Made by a program: the position numbers and the translations under genes. Shown piece after piece: positions 21,245 to 32,426 of a stretch of 64,000 nt of DNA. Under the pieces are notes generated by a model. The model worked only from the letters and a program-made list of their open reading frames with translations, was not told the DNA's origin and ran no database searches. Each line of letters starts with the position of its first letter. The first letter of the stretch is position 1. Source of the stretch: an uncultured Solirubrobacteraceae bacterium (GTDB lineage: Bacteria; Actinomycetota; Thermoleophilia; Solirubrobacterales; Solirubrobacteraceae); NCBI GenBank assembly GCA_963743745.1, contig CAVUQW010000001.1, positions 112,827 to 176,826 on the forward strand, written 5' to 3'.

Positions 21245-21389
21245 CCAGGAGATTCAACGAACGCCCACGCAGAAACCCAAGCTCTGCATGAACGTGCCCA
21301 AACGCGAGCAACGCTCGCCGGGGGCCGAAACGGCGCTGTTGCAGCGCGTTTCGAGCCCCGGGAGCGGGTCTCGGGCGTGTTGATCGGGC

Positions 21390-22037
21390 CTAGCGCGTGG
21401 TCCAAACGTCGCCGGTGTCGCCGAAGCCGAGCGCGTGCTTGGTGGCTTCGGTGAGGTCGAATTCGCGCCCGGCGACGTAGGGGCCGCGATCGACGACGGG
21501 CACGCGCACGGAGCGCCCGCCGTAGCGCAGCGTGACGAGCGTGCCGCAGGGCAGCGTCTTGTTGGCGACGCCGAGCGTGGAGCTGGTCAGCGAGCCGCCG
21601 CAGGCGAGCGAGCCGCCGCCGCCGTACCAGGAGGCTCCGGCCAGCCGGTAGACGTTGAGCCTGCCGAGCACGCGGTGGGCGGCCAGGTCGTAGCCGTCGC
21701 CGGCGAAGCGCAAGCGCACGCGGCGGCTGCCGGTGGCGTGCGGCGTGTAGCGCAGGCGAAATCGCCCGGCGGCGCCTGTGTGCGTGTGCGCGACCTCGCG
21801 CCAGCCGTGCGGGCCCATCGCCTGCAGCTCGATCGAGCGGCCGGAGAGCCCGGGGCTGAGCGTGCCGGCGACGCTGGCCTGGTGGCCGTCGAGCACGTTC
21901 AGGCGCGCCTTGCGCACGTGCAGCGCGGTCGAGCTTGGGCGCCCGAGTGGAGCTGCGCCGGACGAGGGCGTGGTCGATGCGATCTCGACGGGTGCGAGCG
22001 CGAGAGCAGGCTGCGCCGGGGGCGCGGGTGCGTACAT
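21390..22037 (-). CDS. RlpA-like double-psi beta-barrel protein (septal lytic transglycosylase family)
   Basis: ASWYG, A.KTLPCGT, V.V.DRGPYV.GR.FDLT; AAGGAGG RBS. Confidence 0.88.
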   Translation of the reverse strand: MYAPAPPAQPALALAPVEIASTTPSSGAAPLGRPSSTALHVRKARLNVLDGHQASVAGTLSPGLSGRSIELQAMGPHGWREVAHTHTGAAGRFRLRYTPHATGSRRVRLRFAGDGYDLAAHRVLGRLNVYRLAGASWYGGGGSLACGGSLTSSTLGVANKTLPCGTLVTLRYGGRSVRVPVVDRGPYVAGREFDLTEATKHALGFGDTGDVWTTR

Positions 22038-22061
22038 GGAAATCCAGACCTCCTTGCGGTT

Positions 22062-22232
22062 TCCGCCTACGGGGTTAGCTGTCGGGCTCACGACCGGCGT
22101 CGGCGTGGACAGTCCACGCGTCAGCCGGGCGTTACGTCCACATCAGTGGGCGATTCGCCCCATCCGGGCCCCGGTCGGTGGCCCGGCGGTGGTTCCCCCG
22201 TTCGCGACCATGGACGGCCGCGACTCGGCAGA
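22062..22232 (-). ncRNA. c-di-AMP (ydaO/yuaA) riboswitch
   Basis: Minus strand reads GCCGAGTC...GAACGGGGGAACC...GGGGCGAATC...GCCCGACAGCTAACCCCGTAGGCG; sits upstream of a cell-wall enzyme gene. Confidence 0.92.
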
Positions 22233-22234
22233 GT

Positions 22235-22248
22235 CGAACAATTGTTCG
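22235..22248. promoter_or_regulatory. LexA-type SOS box (Gram-positive consensus)
   Basis: Perfect CGAAC-AATT-GTTCG palindrome next to a putative -10 (TAGCCT, 22250-22255, minus strand). Confidence 0.6.
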
Positions 22249-22277
22249 CAGGCTAGAGGTCCCGGAGCAGGTCGTTC

Positions 22278-22293
22278 TGTGATCACGGACACA
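22278..22293. promoter_or_regulatory. Putative CRP/GlxR site
   Basis: TGTGA-TCACGG-ACACA, one mismatch to TGTGA-N6-TCACA. Confidence 0.5.
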
Positions 22294-22563
22294 CAAGAAG
22301 GCCCTGCACAAACGGCCTATTTGCCGAATGCGCCCGTCGTTGCTGACGATTTGACGATTTATAAGAAGATGACATAACCGGCCGGGGCTGGAGACATCGG
22401 GCCACCCCCGGCACCGCCCGTGGCGTCGCCGGCGGATCGCGCCCGGGCGTTCGCCGACGACTCCTCGATGCGCGCATTCGTAGCTATGAGCGCCAGATCG
22501 ACGCCGGTATGCTCCGCCGATCTCGGTGTCACGGGGGCGCCGGCCGGAGCGAAAGAAGGCTGG

Positions 22564-22935
22564 ATGAGAGTTGTACGTAGATGGCAAGGACCCGCCACGG
22601 TCGCAAGCGCCTTGGCGCTGGCGCTCGGGGCGCTCGCACTGATCCCGGGCGCTGCGGTCGCGAGCACGCACGCCTGCGGCAACCACACGATCGTGATCGA
22701 ACAGGAAACGGAACCGGGCAAGCCGAAGACGAAGTACAAACTGCCGGTCAAGCAGATCGTCACGCAGGGAGTGAGCTGCACCTCTGCTTACAAAGTCATC
22801 ACGGCCTTGTACGGCGGCAAGCCGACCGAAGGCTTCAAATGCGGGTCGGGCAAATTCAAGGTGCCGAAGTACACGATCGCGCAGCAGTGCACGAAGCCGG
22901 GCAAGAAGATCCAGTTCGCCGGCCAGGGCGGCTGA
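22564..22935 (+). CDS. Small secreted Lys-rich protein with 4 Cys
   Basis: Signal peptide ending AVA; GVSC..A motif; four mature-region Cys. Confidence 0.72.
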   Translation: MRVVRRWQGPATVASALALALGALALIPGAAVASTHACGNHTIVIEQETEPGKPKTKYKLPVKQIVTQGVSCTSAYKVITALYGGKPTEGFKCGSGKFKVPKYTIAQQCTKPGKKIQFAGQGG

Positions 22936-22980
22936 CAGGGGAATCCGGGCGGCGCGGCGCCTGAAGGCGTACGACGCCGC

Positions 22981-24117
22981 TCAAGCGGCTGGCGCGGCGA
23001 GCTTCGGCTCGCCGCGTTGGGCGCGCTCGGGAATGTGCGCGGCGATCCGCGTCTCACCGCCTTCCCACACGGCCACGCGCCGCCGTCCGGCGGCCTTGGC
23101 GGCATACAGCGCACGATCGGCGGCGAGCATCAGCGCGGCCGGATCGGGTGCGCCGCTCGCCAGCGCGGCTACTCCGGCGCTCGTGCTGAGCACCGGCCCG
23201 GAGCCTGCGGGACGGGCGGCCAGCTCGCGGCCGATCCGCTCGGCGAAGGCGACAGCCTCCTGGCGTCCGACACCGAACAGCACGACGGCGAACTCCTCGC
23301 CGCCGACGCGCGCGAGCGTGTCGCCGCCGCGCAGCTCGCGCTGCAGCAGCGCGGCGAACTCACCCAGCACGCGGTCGCCCTCGGCGTGGCCGTGCCGGTC
23401 GTTGACCTGCTTGAAGTGATCGAGGTCGAACGTGGCGAGCGCGAGCGGCAGCCCGCTGCGCCGTGCGCGGTCGCACTGCTCGCGGAACTCGATGTCGAAC
23501 GCGCGTCGGTTGTACAGCCCGGTCAGGTAGTCGGTGTCGGCGGCGCGCTCGAGCTGGTGGATCACGGCGGAGACGTGCTCGGCGAGCAGCTTGACGACGA
23601 GCGTGGTCAGCGTGACGGACACGCCGACGCCCATGAACAGCCCGGGCTTCATCGGGTCGTGCGACCAGATGAACACGGCCAGGGCGAGCGTGACCCACAT
23701 CAGCACGAGGTCGAAGGCGACCTCGCGGCGGGTGCAGAAGTAGGCCGAGAAGACGAGCGGCCACAGGTAGAAGAACGGCGTGGCCTCGATCGGGCGCGTG
23801 ACGGCCATCAGCGCGCTGACGAGCAGGATGCCGTAGAGGATCGTCACGCGCGATATCCAGCGCCGGCCGGGCCGCAGCACGGCGACGATCACGGCGCCGA
23901 GCGCGAGCAGCACGGCGATGATCCTGATCGCCGGGTGATCGCTCGTGTTCGGGTCGGGCAGCGGCAGCGTCGCGAGCAGCGTGGCGGAGCCGAGCAGGAA
24001 CATCGCGACGCCGACCCAGCGCATCAAGTGCTCGGCGGCGTGGGGGTCGGCGGATAGGTCGTCGCGGGCGGCGGCGGATACGAAAGGCGCGCCTGGCCCG
24101 GGCTTCGGGCTGGCCAT
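22981..24117 (-). CDS. Membrane-bound diguanylate cyclase
   Basis: TM sensor region, TD.LTGL.NRR, DLDHFK.VND..GH, RGGD I-site, GGEEF, AD.ALY.AK. Confidence 0.92.
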   Translation of the reverse strand: MASPKPGPGAPFVSAAARDDLSADPHAAEHLMRWVGVAMFLLGSATLLATLPLPDPNTSDHPAIRIIAVLLALGAVIVAVLRPGRRWISRVTILYGILLVSALMAVTRPIEATPFFYLWPLVFSAYFCTRREVAFDLVLMWVTLALAVFIWSHDPMKPGLFMGVGVSVTLTTLVVKLLAEHVSAVIHQLERAADTDYLTGLYNRRAFDIEFREQCDRARRSGLPLALATFDLDHFKQVNDRHGHAEGDRVLGEFAALLQRELRGGDTLARVGGEEFAVVLFGVGRQEAVAFAERIGRELAARPAGSGPVLSTSAGVAALASGAPDPAALMLAADRALYAAKAAGRRRVAVWEGGETRIAAHIPERAQRGEPKLAAPAA

Positions 24118-24242
24118 GCGTCCTTCTCGGCCGCAGGCGGCGGAGCCTTGAATCGCGTAAGCGCGCTCGGCCGAAGTTCCAGGCGCAGGCACCCGCGAGA
24201 CGGGTTGGATCCTCCCCGGCCGGCGATTGGGCCGCGAGGTCG

Positions 24243-24271
24243 TTGACTGCGGCTTGACAAACAGCGACAAT
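24243..24271 (+). promoter_or_regulatory. Housekeeping-sigma promoter, leaderless
   Basis: TTGACT-N17-GACAAT-N7-ATG(24279). Confidence 0.6.
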
Positions 24272-24278
24272 CGGACGC

Positions 24279-25800
24279 ATGGCCAACCCGGACCGGCTGA
24301 CGGCGCTCGACTCGACCTTCCTGCACCTGGAGGACAACTCCACGGCGCACATGCACGTGGCGTCGGTGATGGTCTTCGAAGGCACGGCGCCGACGCCGCA
24401 GGAGCTGGTCGACCACATCGTCAGCCGCCTGCACCTCGTCCCGCGCTACCGCCAGCGCCTGGCCTACGTCCCCTACGGCCAGGGCCGCCCGGTGTGGGCG
24501 GACGATCCGCACTTCAACCCGCGCTACCACATCCGCCACACGGCGCTGCCGAAGCCGGCCGACGACAAAGCGCTCAAGCAGCTTGCGGGCCGCCTGTTCT
24601 CCCAGCGGTTGGACCGCTCCAAGCCGCTGTGGGAGATCTGGCTGGTCGAGAAGATGGCCGGCGAACGCTTCGCGCTGATCGCCAAGACCCACCACGCGCT
24701 GGTCGACGGGATCTCGGGCGTGGACATCACGACGGTGCTGTTCGACACGTCGCCCGACCCGGTGCCGACCTCGCGCCCGCCGATGCCGTGGACGGCGAAG
24801 CCGCTGCCGGGCCAGGCCAAGCTGCTCGGCGAGGCCCTGCGCGAACGCACGACGGTCCCGGCCGAGATCGTGCGCGGCGCGCGCCGGCTGCTGCGCGCCC
24901 CGCGCCGCGCGGCCACGCAGCTCGTGGACGGCCTCACGAGCATCGGCGCGACGACGATCGCGGGCGTCAAAGCGCCGGCCCCGGACAGCCCGTTCAACGT
25001 CGAGATCGGCCCGCACCGCCGCTACACGTTCATCGACGCCGACCTCGAGCAGTTCAAAGCGATCAAGGCCTCGCTCGGCGGCACGCTCAACGACGTCGTG
25101 CTGGCGACGGTCAGCCTCGGCCTCGGCCGCTACCTGCGCCGCGAGGGCTTCGACACGGAGGGACTGGAGCTGAAGGCGATGGTGCCGGTATCGGTGCGCG
25201 CGGACTCCGACCGCGGCGCGCTCGGCAACCAGGTCGCCGCGATGTGGGCGCCGCTGCCGGTCGGCGTGCAGAACCCGGCGGAGTGCCTGCAGCAGGTCAC
25301 GCGCTCGATGGAGGACCTGAAGGCCTCGGGGCAGGCGGTCGGCGCGCAGGTGCTGACGCAACCTGGCCGGCTTCGCGCCGCCGACGATCCTCAGCCAGGC
25401 GGCGCGCCTGCAGGCGCGCCAGCGCTTCTTCAACCTGGTCGTGACGAACGTGCCGGGCCCGCAGTTCCCGCTGTACGTGCTCGGGCGGCGCCTGCGCGTG
25501 CTCTACCCGGTCGTGCCGCTGGCCCAGCGCCAGGCGCTCGGCATCGCGGTGATGAGCTACGACGGGCACCTCGGCTTCGGCCTGCTCGGCGACTTCGACG
25601 CGCTGCCCGGGCTCGAGACGATCGCGAGCGACATGAAGTGGGCGATCTCCTCGCTGGCGCGCGCCGCCGGAGTCGCGCCGCCGGCGAAACGCCGCGCCGC
25701 CAAACGCGCCTCCTCGGGCTCGGCGAAGAAAGCCACGGCGAAAGCCGCGGCGAGCAGCAACGGCGCCCGTTCGGGCGCGCGCAAGTCCGCTGCGCGCTGA
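24279..25800 (+). CDS. Wax ester synthase/DGAT family acyltransferase (indel near 25360)
   Basis: LDSTFL..E, MHV, HHALVDG catalytic motif, LGNQV, TNVPGP. Confidence 0.92.
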
Positions 25801-25801
25801 G

Positions 25802-26389
25802 ATGGCGCGCCCCGCCGGGCCGGCGGATGTCCCGGCCGTCTGCGCCTGCCTGGCGAGCGCCTTCCACGAGGACCCGCTCTGGGGCCACTGGGCGTTCCCG
25901 GATCGGGCCACGCGACTGGTCGAGCTGCCGCAGCTGATGCGCTTCTGGGTGCTCGGCGCGTCGCCGCATGGATGGGTGCGGATCGGCGGGCGGGCCGAGG
26001 CCGTCGCCGTGTGGCTGCCACCCGGCGCACCGGAGCTGACCGACGAGGAGCAGTCCGAGTTCGAGGCGTTCATCGGCCGCGCGCTCGGCCCGCGTGCGCC
26101 GGAGCTGATCGAGCTGTTCGACGGCTTCGAGCAGCACCATCCGTCGGACACCCCGCACTACTACCTGAGCCTGTGGGGCACGCACCGCGACAGCGCCGGC
26201 AAGGGCCTCGGCACGGAGCTGATCGAGCAGTGCCTGGCGGAGATCGACGAACAGCACATGCCGGCCTACCTGGAGTCGACGAACCCTGTCAACGTGCCCC
26301 GCTACGAGGCACTCGGCTTCGCCGCGGTGGGCAGCTTCTCGGCTCCGCACGGCCCGGCGATCGCGTCGATGTGGCGCGAGGCCCGCTGA
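25802..26389 (+). CDS. GNAT N-acetyltransferase
   Basis: HYYLS..GT....GKGLG, PAYLESTNP.NV..YE.LGF. Confidence 0.85.
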   Translation: MARPAGPADVPAVCACLASAFHEDPLWGHWAFPDRATRLVELPQLMRFWVLGASPHGWVRIGGRAEAVAVWLPPGAPELTDEEQSEFEAFIGRALGPRAPELIELFDGFEQHHPSDTPHYYLSLWGTHRDSAGKGLGTELIEQCLAEIDEQHMPAYLESTNPVNVPRYEALGFAAVGSFSAPHGPAIASMWREAR

Positions 26390-26457
26390 GCCGTCCGGGC
26401 GGATCGTGCGCAGCTCGCGAGTCGGCGTGAGCGACGACGGGCTGCGACGATGACGCC

Positions 26458-28218
26458 GTGCGCATAGCCCTCTGCCAGATCAACGCGACGGTCGGCGACA
26501 TCGCCGGCAACGCCGAGCTGATTCGCGCCGGACGTGCGAAGGCGCTGGAGGCCGGCGCGGACCTCGTGCTGTTCGGAGAGCTCGCGCTGACGGGCTACCC
26601 CCCGGAGGACCTGCTGCTGCGCGAGCACTTCCTCGCCGACACCGCGTCGGCGCTGCGCGAGCTGGCGGCCGACACGCACGGGCTGGTCGCGGTGGTCGGC
26701 TACCCGGAGCGCGCCGAGGACGTCTACAACTCAGCCGCCGTGCTCGCCGACGGAGCGGTGCACGCGATCTACCGCAAGGTCTACCTGCCCAACTACGGCG
26801 TGTTCGACGAGGAGCGCTACTTCGCCGCCGGGCCGAAGGGCGCGGTGATCGACATCGGCGACAGAGCGCCTCGGGCTGACCGTCTGCGAGGACATCTGGG
26901 AGCCGGGCCCTCCGGCGAGCGACGAGGCGCTGGCGGGCGCGACGCTGATCCTCAACATCTCAGCCTCGCCCTACCACGCCGGCAAGGGCCTCGAGCGCGA
27001 GCGGATGTTCGCCCAGCGCGCGCGGGACAACCTCGCGTGCGTGGCCTTCTGCGCGCTCGTCGGCGGCCAGGACGAGCTGATCTTCGACGGGCACTCGTTC
27101 GTCGTCGATCACACAGGTCAGACGATCGCGCGCGCGGCGCAGTTCGAGGAGCAGCTGCTGATCTGCGACGTCGACCTCGAAGCGGCCGCGGCGGCGCGCC
27201 TGCGCGAGGCGGGCCACCGCGCGAGCACGCGCTCGCCGATCGGCGCGGGCGGCGGCCCGGCCCGCGTCGCCGTGCTGCCGGGCTGGCGGCGAGCGCCGAG
27301 GCGGGCACGGGCGCGCGACCGGCGGGCGGGTCACTCGCAGAGCCGCTGCAGCCGCTCGAGGCGGAGGTCTACGCGGCGCTGACGCTGGGCCTGCGCGACT
27401 ACGTGCAGAAGAACGGCTTCGGCCACGTCGTGCTCGGCCTCTCGGGCGGGATCGACTCGGCGCTGGTCGCCTGCCTCGCCGTCGACGCGCTCGGCGCCGA
27501 GCGCGTGAGCGTGGCGATCATGCCCTCGCAGTTCTCCTCCTCGGCCACGCAGGAAGATGCGCGCGCGCTCGCGGCGGCGCTCGGCGTGCAGGTGCACGAG
27601 CTCGCGATCGAGCCGGTGTACGACACCTACGCGGAGACGCTCGGAGGCGCCTTCGAGGGTCACGAGCACGACCTGACCGAGGAGAACCTGCAGGCGCGCA
27701 TCCGCGGCAACCTGCTGATGGCGCTGTCGAACAAGTTCGGCTGGCTCGTGCTGACGACGGGCAACAAGTCGGAGATGTCGGTCGGCTACACGACGCTGTA
27801 CGGCGACCTGGCGGGGGGCTTCGCGGTGATCAAGGACGTGCCGAAGACGCTCGTCTACGGCCTCTGCGCCTGGCGCAACTCGCCGCAGGCGGCCGCCGAC
27901 GGACGCGTGCCCTCGCCGATCCCGGATTCGATCATCGAGCGCGCGCCCTCGGCGGAGCTGCGCGCGGACCAGCGCGACGAGGACTCGCTGCCGCCTTACG
28001 ACGTGCTCGACCGCATCCTGCACGGCTACGTCGAGCTGCACCGCAGCCGCGAGCAGCTCGTCGCGGAGGGGCTGCCGGCGGAGGAGGTGCAGCGCGCGGC
28101 GCGGCTCGTCGACCTCGCCGAGTACAAGCGCCGCCAGGCGCCGCCGGGCATCAAGGTCACGCCGCTCGCGTTCGGGCGCGACCGGCGCATGCCGATCACC
28201 AACCGCTACCGCGACTGA
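26458..28218 (+). CDS. nadE: Glutamine-dependent NAD+ synthetase (compensating indels near 26862 and 27285)
   Basis: Nitrilase domain (ELALTGYPPED, LPNYGVFDE, CEDIW in a shifted frame), GLSGGIDS, TGNKSE, PSAEL, EYKRRQ. Confidence 0.93.
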   Translation: MRIALCQINATVGDIAGNAELIRAGRAKALEAGADLVLFGELALTGYPPEDLLLREHFLADTASALRELAADTHGLVAVVGYPERAEDVYNSAAVLADGAVHAIYRKVYLPNYGVFDEERYFAAGPKGAVIDIGDRAPRADRLRGHLGAGPSGERRGAGGRDADPQHLSLALPRRQGPRARADVRPARAGQPRVRGLLRARRRPGRADLRRALVRRRSHRSDDRARGAVRGAAADLRRRPRSGRGGAPARGGPPREHALADRRGRRPGPRRRAAGLAASAEAGTGARPAGGSLAEPLQPLEAEVYAALTLGLRDYVQKNGFGHVVLGLSGGIDSALVACLAVDALGAERVSVAIMPSQFSSSATQEDARALAAALGVQVHELAIEPVYDTYAETLGGAFEGHEHDLTEENLQARIRGNLLMALSNKFGWLVLTTGNKSEMSVGYTTLYGDLAGGFAVIKDVPKTLVYGLCAWRNSPQAAADGRVPSPIPDSIIERAPSAELRADQRDEDSLPPYDVLDRILHGYVELHRSREQLVAEGLPAEEVQRAARLVDLAEYKRRQAPPGIKVTPLAFGRDRRMPITNRYRD

Positions 28219-28226
28219 GCCGGCGG

Positions 28227-28844
28227 ATGAGCGCGCGGCGCAACCCCAGCAAGCGACTGCCTGCCCGCACGCGGGCCGGAGCCCTCGGCGCGCTCGCGGC
28301 GTTGCTCGCCGCCGGCACGCTCGCGCTGGGCGCGTGCGGCGACACGCTGCAGGATCGCCCGATCCCGCACAACACGCTGGAGAGCCTGATCGTCGCGCCC
28401 TACCCGGTGTACTGGCTCGGAGGCTCCTTCCACGGCCTGCAGATCACGGACGCCTCACACGACCCGAGCGGCGCCTTCTCGGTGCAGTACGGCGACTGCG
28501 TGGTCGGCGGGCAGAGCACGTGCGTGACCCCCGTGACCGTGATCACCTCGCCCGACAACAGCTTCGTGGCGGGCGGCTCCACGCCGCAGGGCACGGCCCC
28601 GCTGCGCGGCGTGGAGGCTGTGCTCGCGCAGCATGGGCGCACGATCGCGATCGCCACGGGCGGCGTCGTCGTCAGCGTCTACGCGGACAGCGCGCGCCTG
28701 GCGAGGGCGGCTGCGCGCACGATCGTGCCGATCAACGAGGTCGGCGAACCGGGCGCGCCGCTGCCGGCACGCCTGCCGGACACGGGGTTCGCCTCGACGC
28801 CGCTGCCCTCGCAGGTGCCCTCGCCGCTGCGCGCGCTGCGCTGA
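28227..28844 (+). CDS. Putative lipoprotein
   Basis: Lipobox LGAC after a hydrophobic stretch. Confidence 0.7.
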   Translation: MSARRNPSKRLPARTRAGALGALAALLAAGTLALGACGDTLQDRPIPHNTLESLIVAPYPVYWLGGSFHGLQITDASHDPSGAFSVQYGDCVVGGQSTCVTPVTVITSPDNSFVAGGSTPQGTAPLRGVEAVLAQHGRTIAIATGGVVVSVYADSARLARAAARTIVPINEVGEPGAPLPARLPDTGFASTPLPSQVPSPLRALR

Positions 28845-28892
28845 AGCGCTGGGTGCAGCCGTCGCTCGGCAACCAAGTCCAGGCTGGCGCGC

Positions 28893-29327
28893 TCAGCGCA
28901 CGGGTGCGGAGACGCCCTCGGGCAGCGGGCGCACGGCGATCGTCATCCGCGTGAGCGCGCACGTGCGCCCGGCGTCGTCGGTGAAGCGGACGTCCCACAC
29001 CCATGTGGTGCGCCCGCGATGCAGGCGCGTGGCCTGCGCGTGCACGGTGCCCTCGGTCACGGGCCGCAGGAAGCTCGTGTTGTTGGACAGACCCATCGCC
29101 ATGCTGCCTTCCGGGATCACGGCCAGCGCCGTGGCCATCGAGGCGACGGACTCGGCGATCGAGGCGTAGACGCCGCCGTGCACGAGCCCGGCGGGCTGCT
29201 TGAGCTCCTCGCGAACGGTCACCTGGGCGGTGACCTGCTCGTCGTCGTAGGAGAGGATCTCGAGGCCGTAGAGCCGGTCGAACCCCTGCACCGACGCGGC
29301 TAGCTCCTGGGCAGTCGGCTTGGCCAT
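28893..29327 (-). CDS. PaaI family thioesterase
   Basis: QP.GLVHGGVYASIAES, H.GRTT.VW.V. Confidence 0.9.
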   Translation of the reverse strand: MAKPTAQELAASVQGFDRLYGLEILSYDDEQVTAQVTVREELKQPAGLVHGGVYASIAESVASMATALAVIPEGSMAMGLSNNTSFLRPVTEGTVHAQATRLHRGRTTWVWDVRFTDDAGRTCALTRMTIAVRPLPEGVSAPVR

Positions 29328-29401
29328 CGCGGCGCCACGATAGCCTACGAATCCCCCTTCCGGGCGCCGCGAGCGGCCCACGGCAGGGCGAGCCTAGATC
29401 G

Positions 29402-30381
29402 ATGAGCCGACTGGACGACCTCCCCCCCGACCAGCGCGCGACGCTCTCGCTGCTCCTTCGCAGGGGCAAGAGCTACGCGGAGGTCGCCGGCATGCTCGAC
29501 ATCGACGAGCGCGCGGTGCACGATCGCGCGCACGCGGCGCTCGCGGTGCTGGCGGCACGCCAGGCGCGCGAGCTGACGGCGGCCCAGCGCGAGGAGGTCG
29601 GCGACTACCTGCTCGGGCAGCGCGCGGGCGTGGCAGAGCGCCTGGCCACGCGCACGTACCTCGACGGCTCGCCGCAGGCGCGCGCGTGGGCCACGGCGCT
29701 CGCGGAGGAGCTCGAGCCGCTGGCGGGCGCGCCGCTACCCGAGATCCCCAACGGCGCCGGCCCGCCGCGACGCCCGCGGCCGTCGCACCCGCGGCGGCCG
29801 GCACCTCGGCGCCCTCGGCGCCGCGCCCCCCGCGTGCAGCGCAGCTTCGCTCGGCCTCGCCCGCGCGCATCCGCGGCGCGCTGCTGCTGGCGGCGATCGT
29901 CGCGGCGATCGTCGTCGCGATCGTGCTGCTCACCGGAGGCGGCGGCTCCTCGAGCAACTCCGCCAGTTCGGGCGGTGGCGGCGGCGAAACGACCAGCTCC
30001 AACGCCACGAGCACGCAGAAATCGCAAGCCAAAGAAGACAAGCGCATCACGCTGACCCCGCCGGACGCGAGCAGCAAAGCGGTCGGCGTCGCCGAGGTGC
30101 TCTCCGAAGGCAACCAGTACGCCTTCTACCTCGCCGCCCAGCACCTCGCCCCCTCGAAAGGCAACGGATTCTTCTACGCCGTCTGGCTGTACAACTCGCC
30201 GTCGAGCTACGAGGCGCTCAGCCGCGCGCCCGACGTCGGCGCGAGCGGCAACGTGCAGGGCGGCGCGCTGCTGCCCAAAGACGCCGCCAAGTACCACACG
30301 ATGCTGCTGACCCGCGAGACGGCTCCGAAACCGACCAAGCCCGGCCCGGTCATCCTGCGCGGGGCGTTCGCGCTGCACTGA
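29402..30381 (+). CDS. Sigma-70 region 4 / anti-sigma-like / TM / RskA-C-like fusion protein (indel near 29765)
   Basis: LDDLPPDQR..L.L....KSYAEVA.ML.I....V..R HTH; second frame gives a TM helix then LAPS...YAVWL...LLTRE...P..PG..IL.G. Confidence 0.7.
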
Positions 30382-30411
30382 TGCGTCTCAAGCGGCGGCC
30401 ATGCTTGAGGC

Positions 30412-30549
30412 GTGCCCGATGCCATCAGTCAACTGCTCGCGACTAGGGCTTCTCTAGAGAAGCTCGGAGCCCGCTGGATTTCGGTCGCTGAGGCGGAGCA
30501 GACAATCTGGAACCGCCACGCGATCGTCAAGAACCGGCGGGGTACGTGA
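30412..30549 (+). pseudogene. Truncated BrnT/RelE-like toxin N-terminal fragment (45 aa)
   Basis: MPDAISQLLATRASLEKLGARWISVAEAEQTIWNRHAIVKNRRGT*; GTGA-coupled to the next ORF; lower GC. Confidence 0.5.
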
Positions 30550-30779
30550 TCACGTCAGGACCAGAGCCCCGACCCGGCGACTTCGATCGGGAGTTGCGGG
30601 AGATCGATGCTGGAGATGTTCAGGTCGAGGGAGCTTCGCGCGGGCGCAGGCTGATCGTGCAGTTCGATCTCGACGGGGACGATGCGGCTGCCCTACAGCG
30701 GATCGCCGACCGTCGCGGTGAGCGTCCTGGCGAGGTCGTCAAGCGGCTGATACGAGAGGCCTCGGCCAAGACACCCTGA
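30546..30779 (+). CDS. Ribbon-helix-helix/CopG-like antitoxin
   Basis: C-terminal V.F.LD.DD..AL..IA.RRG..P.EVV..LIREA pattern. Confidence 0.6.
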   Translation: MITSGPEPRPGDFDRELREIDAGDVQVEGASRGRRLIVQFDLDGDDAAALQRIADRRGERPGEVVKRLIREASAKTP

Positions 30780-30780
30780 T

Positions 30781-32418
<1,638 letters not shown>

Positions 32419-32426
<8 letters not shown>

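Noticed and set aside
21291-21381. Integron attC site
   Set aside because: AAC/GTT ends and bulges are present, but the RYYYAAC and GTTRRRY boxes do not match, and there is no integrase or cassette array.
26458-28218. Programmed frameshifting or pseudogenisation in nadE and other core genes
   Set aside because: No consistent slippery sites were seen, and indels hit essential genes indiscriminately, as expected for sequencing error.
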